Virus record (IMG/VR): IMGVR_UViG_3300029309_000059
Coordinates: 1-53,689 of that record
DNA from: a virus
Taxonomy: Duplodnaviria; Caudoviricetes
Reading direction: 5' to 3' (one strand)
DNA length: 53,689 nucleotides
Under the pieces are notes generated by a model. The model saw only the letters and a list, made by a program, of their open reading frames with translations. It made no database searches and had not been told where the DNA came from. The position numbers and the translations under genes were made by a program. Every line of letters starts with the position of its first letter. The first letter of the stretch is position 1. Positions 39,084 through 47,378 of the stretch are shown one piece after another.

Positions 39084-41201
39084 TCACATCTTATAACGCC
39101 TAAAAAACTTCTTGTCTATAAAGTTAGACTCTACCTTTTTAGCCCTAACCTTCTGAGCAGCAAGCAGTGCCAAACCTGAACTTATCGTTAAATCAAACTT
39201 AGTTCTGTCTGTTATTTTAAATCCTATCCAGTCCTCTAGCGTCCTGTTGAAATACATGTTGCCCATATTGCCTGTTTCGTAATGTATACCAACGTGATCA
39301 TGTATGTAAGCCTCTATCGCTTGAGCATGAGATTGTATGACATCTTGAGAGTTTGACGGTATGCCTTTTGTCTTTGTCTTTATAGTAGAGTTTGTAGACA
39401 TGAGGTGCTTGGGTCTGTCCATTAGATAACCATCATAACCTCTTGATTCAAAGTATCTTGCAATACCGTACTTATTGTTTTCAATTAAGATGGGATACCC
39501 GTAAAATACAGCAGCCATCAAAACATCCTCGTAAAATATTTTAGCCAAAGGAGGTCTTGAAGCATACTCGACTACAAACATATTCGATGGATGCTCCATG
39601 TGAAACTTATTGTACATATGCAAGGCACCCTTTGAGCCCCGACCATCGACGGTGGCATCTAAATCATAAGAGTCCACCCCACCAACCCCTATATCAGGAT
39701 TAGGTGCAATACGTTTGCCTTTATCAAAGAGTTTCTTGTTTCTAAATTCTTCGGGAGGCATCCATGAAACATGGAATCTACCGTTTGGATCAGGCTTAAA
39801 AAAAACTTCAGTATCCTTCTCCCCATTCTTCCAGTGAAAGTTACCTACTACAACGGGGTTGGGGAACAGGTCTTCATTGTATTGCGTCTGCTCATAGATC
39901 TTACCTATATTAAATAAGCTACCATCTATACTATCTCGAAAAGCTTCATCCTCTGTAAACGGAAACTGTCTAGTAATCTCATTTAATTCAGAAGCATCGT
40001 GTTTGAAACTATTCCTTTCATTTTTCAGGTATGTCTTTGATCCTTGATTAATGCTATCACCATCAATACCAAGAACAGGATTATTAGGATCTTCAGTGAT
40101 TGCAAATCCATGATTATCAAAAAACCCCTCCAAAGAGTCATAAGCAGGTATAAATAAACGATACAGACCGCTTCTAGTTCTTCCGTTTGCGTTTCTATCT
40201 GTAGGATCAGAATCGGACCAAAGGTCTTTGTATTCTTTACCACCTTTGTCCATAGGGTTAACAGTGCTGCCAACCATAGCCTTGCCTACAATCTTTCTAC
40301 CAACTATAAGACATGTTCTCTGTATCCTCCAAGCGTCTCTTATATCAGTAGGTTTCTCCCACTTTCCAGCCTCATCAAGATACAATATGTGCAGCTTCTC
40401 TCCGTCGTATGCGTTGTTGGTGGTATTCTTCCAGTTAATTACCGTATTAAGAGCCTCTCCCGTCTGCGTAGTCTTATTCTTCTTCGTGATTCTCTTACTC
40501 GGCTCGCGAAAAGCCAACTCCATGCGTGGGTTAGTGGTACCATCTTGAATAGGTTTAAAGAAGAAGGGGTAGTGCCTAAACATATAGACGACCTTCTTCA
40601 TGAATATATTTTCTTGGGCATCCTTTCCAGTCTTTGACTGGATGCCAAGGAGTTTATCCTTAACCTGGGTAGCCTCATCTAGTAGCACAGAGGAGCAGAT
40701 ATTTGTATATCCGCTACGTCTACACTTCGTGTATAGTTGACCAATGCATCTTGGGTCAGCTTCACACGCTGCCAAATGTATGAAAATATTTCTTTGAAAC
40801 TCTAAAAAATCTGGATACCCGATATCCATTCGGGTCCACTGAAGCATCATGTAGTGCCTGCCCGTAATATATGTAGGGACACCGTTATTATAAAACCAAA
40901 AACCTTCACGCCTACGGCGAAACTCTTCTTCGATATACGGAGAAAACTTTTGTCTAAACTCCCTTGGCATCTCCCCCCACTCATCCATAGACTTAATCCT
41001 AGACAACTCCTGTGGCATAGAAACCCTCTTCCACAGCTGCATGTCGTTTGGACTTCCATATCCATAAATTTTTTCTTTGGGAGGCTGAGCGGGAAGTATA
41101 ATGACCAGCCCACCAAGTTGAATACTTTCACCTTTCGTACCGTTGGTGCAAATTGAGATAGCAGGCTCATCATATTCTTTTATCTGTACAAGCGTAGACA
41201 T
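39084..41201 (-). CDS. terL: terminase large subunit
   Basis: Walker A KCRRSGYT, Walker B LYLDEAGK, RNase H-like GGVDSYD and FDLTISSG. Start moved to ATG 41201 because the longer frame overlaps the tRNA. Confidence 0.9.
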   Translation of the reverse strand: MSTLVQIKEYDEPAISICTNGTKGESIQLGGLVIILPAQPPKEKIYGYGSPNDMQLWKRVSMPQELSRIKSMDEWGEMPREFRQKFSPYIEEEFRRRREGFWFYNNGVPTYITGRHYMMLQWTRMDIGYPDFLEFQRNIFIHLAACEADPRCIGQLYTKCRRSGYTNICSSVLLDEATQVKDKLLGIQSKTGKDAQENIFMKKVVYMFRHYPFFFKPIQDGTTNPRMELAFREPSKRITKKNKTTQTGEALNTVINWKNTTNNAYDGEKLHILYLDEAGKWEKPTDIRDAWRIQRTCLIVGRKIVGKAMVGSTVNPMDKGGKEYKDLWSDSDPTDRNANGRTRSGLYRLFIPAYDSLEGFFDNHGFAITEDPNNPVLGIDGDSINQGSKTYLKNERNSFKHDASELNEITRQFPFTEDEAFRDSIDGSLFNIGKIYEQTQYNEDLFPNPVVVGNFHWKNGEKDTEVFFKPDPNGRFHVSWMPPEEFRNKKLFDKGKRIAPNPDIGVGGVDSYDLDATVDGRGSKGALHMYNKFHMEHPSNMFVVEYASRPPLAKIFYEDVLMAAVFYGYPILIENNKYGIARYFESRGYDGYLMDRPKHLMSTNSTIKTKTKGIPSNSQDVIQSHAQAIEAYIHDHVGIHYETGNMGNMYFNRTLEDWIGFKITDRTKFDLTISSGLALLAAQKVRAKKVESNFIDKKFFRRYKM

Positions 41202-41213
41202 AATTAAATTTAG

Positions 41214-41287
41214 TGCATCTGCAGGGACTCGAACCCCAAACCTGCACATTAGAAGTGTGCTGCTCTATCCAGTTGAGCTACAGATGC
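41214..41287 (-). tRNA. tRNA-Arg (anticodon UCU)
   Basis: GCATCTG-TA-GCTC AACTGGATA GAGC-A-GCACA CTTCTAA TGTGC-AGGTT-TGGGG TTCGAGT CCCTG-CAGATGC-A; full cloverleaf, CCA not encoded. Confidence 0.92.
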
Positions 41288-41293
41288 GATGTA

Positions 41294-41449
41294 TTAATAC
41301 CCGCAGTCTTTGTCTCCATGAGGTCCCATAGGAAAATCGGGACCCTGTTGCTTGTGCTTTTGATATCTCTTGTTGTGTGCAGGAGATGTATATGGACTAC
41401 AGCTAGCCCCTAAAAAAGAAATTAAAAGTAAAATTGAAATGATTCTCAT
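41294..41449 (-). CDS. 51-aa lipoprotein (not in ORF track)
   Basis: MRIISILLLISFLGASCSPY...DCGY; lipobox GASC; ATGA overlap with the upstream gene. Confidence 0.65.
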   Translation of the reverse strand: MRIISILLLISFLGASCSPYTSPAHNKRYQKHKQQGPDFPMGPHGDKDCGY

Positions 41450-42033
41450 CTATTTAAATTAGATCTAATAGCTCTTAAAAACAAATCTTTTTGCCTGTCG
41501 TCAAAATTACCTTGAGACATTGCACTAGCTAAAAGTCTAAGATTAGTATTGCTTTGGTCTCTTGGAATACTAATTAATGATTGCAATATATCATCAAAAT
41601 CTCCTCGAAAATCTAAACCCTCCGCCTCTGGAGACGTTACTGCCGATCTAACAATAGCTTCAAATTCAATAGGATTTTCAATCATATACTGAAGCGGGTT
41701 AAATCCTTCAGCATCTTTAAAAGCATCTGTATCCATTCTATTAGTTATACCTCTAATAGCTCTTCTAGTTTGCCTGTCTTGAACCCTAGGATTAAATCCT
41801 AAAAGATTTCTTAGTGGTCCAAACTGCTCAGAGTGAATCATCTCGTGTTCTAGAACAGAATCGTCTGCCCCAGGGAACATAACAACCTCGCCTGTATCTG
41901 GATTAAAAAAACCAGCAGGCATAGAGTCCCGTTCAGTCAACATCCTTAAAAGATCCTCTGTTCTAGCATCTCTAACTTGCGTCCTACCTCTTCTTCTACG
42001 AGCTCTTGCTTCTTTTCCAATAATAGGTCTCAT
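41446..42033 (-). CDS. zincin-like metallopeptidase-domain protein
   Basis: VLEHEMIHSEQ (HExxH) and downstream Y...PIEFEA; Arg-rich N-terminus. Confidence 0.65.
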   Translation of the reverse strand: MRPIIGKEARARRRRGRTQVRDARTEDLLRMLTERDSMPAGFFNPDTGEVVMFPGADDSVLEHEMIHSEQFGPLRNLLGFNPRVQDRQTRRAIRGITNRMDTDAFKDAEGFNPLQYMIENPIEFEAIVRSAVTSPEAEGLDFRGDFDDILQSLISIPRDQSNTNLRLLASAMSQGNFDDRQKDLFLRAIRSNLNR

Positions 42034-42257
42034 CGACTTCTTCTTCTTCTAGGTCTATTGTTAGCCCTGTTTATAGATTGAGGTTGTTGCTTAGTTGCAT
42101 CAGAAATACCCATATGGGCTTCATCGAGACCGTCGCCATTGCCATATGTGCCTTTGCGTCTGTTGATACGATTGAGTGCAGCCCTGTATCTTTTAGCCTT
42201 ACCGCCCTTACCGTATTTGGCATATTCTTTTTTGTAGTCTCTTTTCTTGACTCTCAT
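42030..42257 (-). CDS. small basic protein (degenerate HNH-like)
   Basis: True start MRVKKRDYKKEY at 42257 with -7 element at 42262-42269; GDGLDEAH...SINRANN. Confidence 0.6.
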   Translation of the reverse strand: MRVKKRDYKKEYAKYGKGGKAKRYRAALNRINRRKGTYGNGDGLDEAHMGISDATKQQPQSINRANNRPRRRRSR

Positions 42258-42275
42258 GATACAAATATAAGAAAG

Positions 42276-42352
42276 TCCGCGAGGTGGGACTTGAACCCAC
42301 ATGTCACCAGTTACCCTTTCTACAAGGTATAAGCTTGAGGGGATACTCGCGA
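42276..42352 (-). ncRNA. atypical tRNA-like RNA
   Basis: Acceptor TCGCGAG/CTCGCGG+A; perfect T arm GTGGG-TTCAAGT-CCCAC; CAAG-CTTATAC-CTTG anticodon-like arm; no canonical D arm. Confidence 0.7.
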
Positions 42353-42709
42353 TTAAGAATTTCTTCTTTGATGTGTCTTTTTTCTGTGACAATTGGCACA
42401 TCGAACATCACACTTACGTATCTCTGCTTTGATTGAATTTATAGAGAATGGTCTATGAACCATATCTGCTATGTTCTTCACCTTGACACCACATACGTGA
42501 TCAAAATCAAGTACAACGGGGTTTAATTCCCCGCAATCTACACACCCCAGCATTTTCTTTACTCTATTAACAAAGCTTCTATTCCACTTTCTTTGTGCAG
42601 ACTTAGACTTTTTAGCTTTTTGTTTATAGTAGTCCTTGTTTTTAGAGTAATGTTTTTTTTGATATGCCTTGTTATAAGCTCTACGTGATTCAAGGTCTTT
42701 TATAGGCAT
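42353..42709 (-). CDS. HNH endonuclease
   Basis: GCVDCG...LDFDH...EIRKCDVRCANCHR. Confidence 0.85.
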   Translation of the reverse strand: MPIKDLESRRAYNKAYQKKHYSKNKDYYKQKAKKSKSAQRKWNRSFVNRVKKMLGCVDCGELNPVVLDFDHVCGVKVKNIADMVHRPFSINSIKAEIRKCDVRCANCHRKKTHQRRNS

Positions 42710-42852
42710 CAGTCCTCAGTATCATCAATATCGGACTCTTGCCAAAATTTATAATTATTCCTACTGTATTGCCAAACTATCTCTTTCCAGTCATTTAGAG
42801 AATCTTTCAGCGAAACCTCCGCTGTAGTCTTTTGCTTCTTTGATTGATCCAT
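42709..42852 (-). CDS. possible 47-aa overlapping ORF
   Basis: MDQSKKQ...DWKEIVWQYSRNNYKFWQESDIDDTED; its stop overlaps the HNH ATG (TGATG). Confidence 0.35.
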   Translation of the reverse strand: MDQSKKQKTTAEVSLKDSLNDWKEIVWQYSRNNYKFWQESDIDDTED

Positions 42853-43081
42853 TTGTCGTAAGGTCTTTGATCATCTGTTCTAACCGTTGTCTTTCAACGA
42901 TAAGTTCTTTGCAGTCTGTGGCAGTCTGTTTGATAGACTGTAGTTCAGCTTTCCTTGCGCTTCCATTGATCTCTGGGTCAACAGGTTTCTTGATCTCGTC
43001 AATCATATTGTTTATAGCAATCTCCATTGACGACATCAAACGCTTAGCAGCTTCTATAGTTGTAAACTTCTTACCCGACAA
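42791..43081 (-). CDS. putative terminase small subunit
   Basis: 96-aa helical protein ending GGFAERFSK, upstream of terL; assignment is positional. Confidence 0.45.
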   Translation of the reverse strand: MSGKKFTTIEAAKRLMSSMEIAINNMIDEIKKPVDPEINGSARKAELQSIKQTATDCKELIVERQRLEQMIKDLTTNGSIKEAKDYSGGFAERFSK

Positions 43082-43322
43082 AACTCATAAAAATAGGTGT
43101 TTTCTCTCCAACATAAGATCCAACAATATTAAAATCTGCATGCTCTACAGCATCTTCGTAGTCCATACCCTCCTCTACAAGTATCTCTATTATTCTATCT
43201 ATATCGTACACAGCAACTACGTTCGCACCGTATGTGCACCCAACAAGTGCGTCATCAAATCCATCAGCAGTAAGGCATTCTTCTTCTGCGAGCACCTCCA
43301 TCAAGTCTTCTTTGTCAATCAT
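43071..43322 (-). CDS. acidic hypothetical protein
   Basis: ADGFDDALVG...AVYD...EDAVEH..FNIVGSYVGEKTPIF pattern seen in small phage proteins. Confidence 0.7.
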   Translation of the reverse strand: MIDKEDLMEVLAEEECLTADGFDDALVGCTYGANVVAVYDIDRIIEILVEEGMDYEDAVEHADFNIVGSYVGEKTPIFMSFVG

Positions 43323-43906
43323 TTTTCTACGTATAAAAGATCTTCGGTTCTAGTTCTATAATATTCCTTGCCATCTATCTTAATACGATAGTCTCGATTT
43401 TGCTTGAAACCAACAACATCCCCAGCTTTCAATCCAAGATCTTCAACCCAAGGAGCCGTAAAAGCGATACGACCCTTTGTTGGTAAGCTCTTTTTAAGTT
43501 CGATAACTTCGATAACATCAGATTTTGTTTTTAATTCATCTTGAACTACAGGCTCAAGAAGAGCCCAACCAGCAAGAGGATGTATGTGTCCACTTTTTGA
43601 ACTCTTATATCCAATGGCTTGATTGTTTATAGTGTGGTTAGGATCGTATCTAACCAGATAATGGTTTTCATGTCCAGTTAATGCTTGGCCCTCATTAAGC
43701 ACAACGAGATGATGAAAATATAAGGTGTCTCCAGACTCTACTCCTGTGTTGTGTTTAAGAGGTGCAGATACTACTGGCCCCTCAGTTACTCTATGTTCAA
43801 ACTCATTAAAGCTAGTATTTACATAAAGCTCAAGACCACCTTCGGTAGTCATAGTGTCGTTAAGCTGTTTTTCTAGCTCTACAACAAACAGATCAAGTGT
43901 TTTCAT
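43319..43906 (-). CDS. GroES-like co-chaperonin (two tandem GroES-like domains)
   Basis: TEGGLEL...GPVVSAP..GVESGDTLYFHH, then KGRIAF...GLKAGDVVGF...IDGKEYY. Confidence 0.65.
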   Translation of the reverse strand: MKTLDLFVVELEKQLNDTMTTEGGLELYVNTSFNEFEHRVTEGPVVSAPLKHNTGVESGDTLYFHHLVVLNEGQALTGHENHYLVRYDPNHTINNQAIGYKSSKSGHIHPLAGWALLEPVVQDELKTKSDVIEVIELKKSLPTKGRIAFTAPWVEDLGLKAGDVVGFKQNRDYRIKIDGKEYYRTRTEDLLYVEK

Positions 43907-44045
43907 TTTTGTACGGGAACATTGTATTTAATTTTTCTTTTCGTTTTTTACATCCGCAATCCTTAGATACGGATTCAACAACTTTCTTGAGCCCCGTGGC
44001 TCTAGTAATTTTTTCAATTGAATCTCCTAAACCCTTACTTTTCAT
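43893..44045 (-). CDS. 50-aa protein with DCGC motif (not in ORF track)
   Basis: MKSKGLGDSIEKITRATGLKKVVESVSKDCGCKKRKEKLNTMFPYKNENT; TGATG coupling to the upstream gene. Confidence 0.7.
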   Translation of the reverse strand: MKSKGLGDSIEKITRATGLKKVVESVSKDCGCKKRKEKLNTMFPYKNENT

Positions 44046-44281
44046 CAAAAGTCAAGATCAAATTCTAATATACATGGCATATCCTCTATGCTCTTCCACA
44101 AAACTTGCCCGTCTGATTTTTGGATGTATACTAGATATCTAGTTTTACCGTGATTATATAGATGCCTATCATCTAAAACTATAGCCGAGACTCTTCCGTC
44201 TCCTGCTCGCATACCGATATAGTATGCCATAGCATCTTTGGGATCTCTCCCAATAATAATCTTCCTAATAAGACCGTCCAT
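44045..44281 (-). CDS. hypothetical protein
   Basis: IRKIIIGRDPKDAMAYYIG...LWK...MPCILEFD. Confidence 0.7.
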   Translation of the reverse strand: MDGLIRKIIIGRDPKDAMAYYIGMRAGDGRVSAIVLDDRHLYNHGKTRYLVYIQKSDGQVLWKSIEDMPCILEFDLDF

Positions 44282-44286
44282 TTTAA

Positions 44287-44598
44287 TTAATTAAGAGAAA
44301 TACCTAGACCATCTAACAGTCCGTCGATGTCAAGGTCGTCATCTGAATCTGGTTCAATATACGACTCTTTCATAAAATCTAATATAATCTCTAGCTCAGT
44401 ATTAGTTCTCATGTCATACTGAAAGAAAGCTTTCATAGTGCTATTCTCTTCGTCAAGAGGATGAAATACTCCCAAGACAAAGGCAGATACAACCCTGTCT
44501 TGCATGTCATACCTATTGACTATTTCGTTCACTGCCGAAGTCAATGCTTGTATTTCATACCAAAACCCTTCCTCTGCTATATCTTCGTATTCACTCAT
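44287..44598 (-). CDS. acidic hypothetical protein
   Basis: 103-aa ORF. Confidence 0.65.
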   Translation of the reverse strand: MSEYEDIAEEGFWYEIQALTSAVNEIVNRYDMQDRVVSAFVLGVFHPLDEENSTMKAFFQYDMRTNTELEIILDFMKESYIEPDSDDDLDIDGLLDGLGISLN

Positions 44599-44611
44599 AC
44601 CTCTTAATTAA

Positions 44612-45040
44612 ATGCCAAGAAAATCAGTATCTAAAAAAAAGCTATTTAGAGACTTTTCGAAGCTCAATCAAAGATACGTAAAAAACAACTACCTCAAGGA
44701 TCTGAGAAACAACACGGTAAGTTTCTGCGAGAGTAACGACATCTTTGAGAAAGAACTTATGTTTATGCTATGGGCATATGATCTAGAGTTCTGGACTTTA
44801 GATTACGCAGCAAAAGAATATGGATACTATTCACCTAAGAAGATGGGCGAACGTATTGTATATGAACTAGTTAAGCAAGATTACATATACAAACACTTTG
44901 ATAAAATGACACCTTCACAAACGAGGGAGGATCATCTATTCAGAGATGAAACAAAATATAACTACAGGGTGAGGTATGCTCTCACTCAGAAAGCCCGTCT
45001 TCTAGTGCAGAGGTTTTACTCGATGTTTCAGCGTCCTTGA
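44612..45040 (+). CDS. putative winged-helix DNA-binding regulator
   Basis: Lone + strand gene in the late region; LVKQDYI...RVRYALTQKAR resembles a MarR-type wing. Confidence 0.55.
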   Translation: MPRKSVSKKKLFRDFSKLNQRYVKNNYLKDLRNNTVSFCESNDIFEKELMFMLWAYDLEFWTLDYAAKEYGYYSPKKMGERIVYELVKQDYIYKHFDKMTPSQTREDHLFRDETKYNYRVRYALTQKARLLVQRFYSMFQRP

Positions 45041-45159
45041 CCTCTGTATGACTTTTTATACTTTTTAGAAGCTTTGTGGTTGGAGGTCTTTGATTTTGCA
45101 TGAACTCCAGGGCGCTTCGTGTTAGGGGGAGGTGCATACGTGTTTACTTGTTTAGCCAT
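45028..45159 (-). CDS. 43-aa basic protein (not in ORF track)
   Basis: MAKQVNTYAPPPNTKRPGVHAKSKTSNHKASKKYKKSYRGQGR. Confidence 0.6.
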   Translation of the reverse strand: MAKQVNTYAPPPNTKRPGVHAKSKTSNHKASKKYKKSYRGQGR

Positions 45160-45184
45160 ATTAATCTTTGATTCAACTTAATTG

Positions 45185-45904
45185 TCAATCCTTGAAGCTC
45201 TTGTACTTGTTTCCTTTCCCCTTGATGATGTGGACAGGAAGAGCCGTATTGTAGATCGCAATATCTAAAATCTCACCATTTAATCCGAGCGTTCCGTCGC
45301 TTTTTCCCAAAACGTGATCAATCGGGAGAGCAACGCTGACACCATTAGAATTTACAGCAGCAACATCTGCAATCTTGTTGCCATCTATATTGTAAATATT
45401 AGCCTCAAGTATACCTGTTCCGTCCACTACAATGGCAATCATCTCTACATCTGATCCAAAAGTGTAAGACGTCGTGCTGTTGGCGGTTGAGTTTATGGGG
45501 TAATCTCTTTCTGCAGCGGAACCCTTGGTTCCGTCGGCTTTATATATAACATCTGCACCTCCAGCCTTGATACCCCAGTGTGCATCGTTTGACGTCCCGC
45601 TAACCAACCACGTATCATTAGTGTAGTCACCATTGGTCCATGCACAAATTATTGTATATGTGCTGTTTGCAGCTAACGTTTCTGTCGAGGCAAGGCTCAT
45701 GACGTTCGATCCGTCGCAGGCAAAACTAGCCAAAGCGGGGCTGATAGTAGAGTGGGCATTACCTATTGATTTAGCTGTAGGCTTTTTTGAAGTAGTAGCT
45801 TGAGTAAAGTTGTTTGTGTTGTCACCCTTGCTGGGCTTTGATGCAACTTTCGCTCCGTTTGTTTCGGCGTGCGCGACAAATCCTAATTTTATTCTTCTTG
45901 CCAT
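45185..45904 (-). CDS. concanavalin A/LamG-like domain protein (virion appendage)
   Basis: QAT...KPT and YTIICAW...GLNGEILDIAIYNTAL, resembling a LamG C-terminus. Confidence 0.6.
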   Translation of the reverse strand: MARRIKLGFVAHAETNGAKVASKPSKGDNTNNFTQATTSKKPTAKSIGNAHSTISPALASFACDGSNVMSLASTETLAANSTYTIICAWTNGDYTNDTWLVSGTSNDAHWGIKAGGADVIYKADGTKGSAAERDYPINSTANSTTSYTFGSDVEMIAIVVDGTGILEANIYNIDGNKIADVAAVNSNGVSVALPIDHVLGKSDGTLGLNGEILDIAIYNTALPVHIIKGKGNKYKSFKD

Positions 45905-45906
45905 GA

Positions 45907-46431
45907 TTATGCTGTGTCTAGAGAAACAAAGGAGCCGAATTGATTTACGACGGCTGTGGTGTATCCTGGAGCGGTAAAAGTAATTGAGACTGTGTAGTTG
46001 CTTGAATCCACGGAGTTGTCCGTTATGTCGGTGACATCACCAAAAGTAGTAAGGTCTACCAAGGCGGAGCCTTCAGAAAGGAACTCAGCAGGGTTAAAGT
46101 TTGATTGATCTTGATCACTTAGATACACTATTGGATTTGAGCCAGGACCTTTGTATCCAAAAAGAGCCCCTGTCGTTGACGCACCAGTCACTGGGTTGTT
46201 CGAAGAGTCCAACCTGGTTATGGTGGTGGTGAAGGTTCCAGAAAGTTTGTCGCCTAATGAAACCCCATCAAAATTCGTTGCAGCACGGATGGCGGAATCC
46301 GTAAACGCAAGAGCAAAAAGAACGTTTTCATCATCAGGTTCATCAGAGACAATCAGGCCAGTGAAGATGCCTAATTGAGTTATTCCTTCAATATAATTTG
46401 AGACAGTCAGTGTATTTCCTAATCCTAACAT
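45907..46431 (-). CDS. putative structural protein with MLGLG N-terminus
   Basis: MLGLGNTL start; Thr/Ser/Asp-rich beta content. Confidence 0.55.
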   Translation of the reverse strand: MLGLGNTLTVSNYIEGITQLGIFTGLIVSDEPDDENVLFALAFTDSAIRAATNFDGVSLGDKLSGTFTTTITRLDSSNNPVTGASTTGALFGYKGPGSNPIVYLSDQDQSNFNPAEFLSEGSALVDLTTFGDVTDITDNSVDSSNYTVSITFTAPGYTTAVVNQFGSFVSLDTA

Positions 46432-46432
46432 A

Positions 46433-46915
46433 TCAAAGTGATTTACCGAATATTACTTCGTAGTAAGTCTTGCCCTTACTATCTCTGCAAGCTTTGAGAC
46501 ACCTTTTACGATTAACGCCATCGTGAACGTAAGAAACGTGCACCCAATCAGGATTGTCCTCATCACCAAACTCCCAAACCATCTGATCGAACTCAAGATT
46601 CTCGCGAATGTATTGGAATATCTCAGCGTTTGTACAACCTCCGAAAACGTCTGCGTCAAGGTCGAGTGCTCTTCCTTCCATATGCTGACTACGGCGCGAG
46701 CCCCCGATAGCACGGTTGAGCTCAGGTCCACGATAGCCTGACGACACGTATATAGGACACCCGAAATGATCCCTAACAGGTTGAAATACATGTCTTGCAA
46801 TTGCTTTAAGGTTTTCTTCAATCCATTCATCATCAGGTGTATTATCTATACCTAGACGTTTAGCTGTTGTGCTTTTTGTTGCCTCGGCAAGTGATAGATT
46901 TTTTGACAGCTTCAT
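46433..46915 (-). CDS. endolysin, peptidase M15A family
   Basis: SSGYR..LN..IGG...SQH..G.A.D and WVHVS; start at MKLSKN. Confidence 0.85.
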   Translation of the reverse strand: MKLSKNLSLAEATKSTTAKRLGIDNTPDDEWIEENLKAIARHVFQPVRDHFGCPIYVSSGYRGPELNRAIGGSRRSQHMEGRALDLDADVFGGCTNAEIFQYIRENLEFDQMVWEFGDEDNPDWVHVSYVHDGVNRKRCLKACRDSKGKTYYEVIFGKSL

Positions 46916-46925
46916 ATGATATATA

Positions 46926-47351
46926 TTAAGCAGCTGCAAATACTTCTACATCACATGTTGCTGTATCAGCCTGCACTGCTATAGAATCTATGTTTGCCAA
47001 ACTAACAGACGCCCCGCCTGCTGCATTTGCATCCATAGATTGATTATTTAAGATAAAGCTGTCACCAGCTTCAAGCTTTACGAAATACTCTTCGTTGTTA
47101 CCTCTAATTCTTAAAGTAACGAAGTTTCCACTGTCAAGGTTAGTCAACCTTAGGTAATTTAAAGTAGCATCTTTTATTGTGCCAGCCGCTACAGCAGAGT
47201 CGAAAAGCAACACGGTCTGTTCTGCAGAGTGAAGGCAGCTCACAATCCTGTGGTCAATCTGAGTTACTGATTCTGTGTGAGTGTTTGTAGATCCACGAGA
47301 AGCACCGTTAAGTGTTACTGCCTCTGTTATAGTTACCGTAAGTGTTGCCAT
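46926..47351 (-). CDS. structural protein, possible distant paralog of the 32990-34641 family
   Basis: MATLTVTITE...YLRLTNLD...KLEAGDSFIL...VEVF; -7 element at 47356-47363, 4 nt upstream. Confidence 0.65.
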   Translation of the reverse strand: MATLTVTITEAVTLNGASRGSTNTHTESVTQIDHRIVSCLHSAEQTVLLFDSAVAAGTIKDATLNYLRLTNLDSGNFVTLRIRGNNEEYFVKLEAGDSFILNNQSMDANAAGGASVSLANIDSIAVQADTATCDVEVFAAA

Positions 47352-47378
47352 AAGGCAAATATACTTACTTATTTTTAA

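Noticed and set aside
41202-41249. N-terminal extension of terL, and the + strand ORFs at 41143-41413 in the track
   Set aside because: They overlap tRNA-Arg; the ATG at 41201 is the better start.
42258-42401. N-terminal extension of the 42030-42401 ORF
   Set aside because: It runs through the tRNA-like RNA and the HNH gene; the ATG at 42257 has a -7 element 4 nt upstream.
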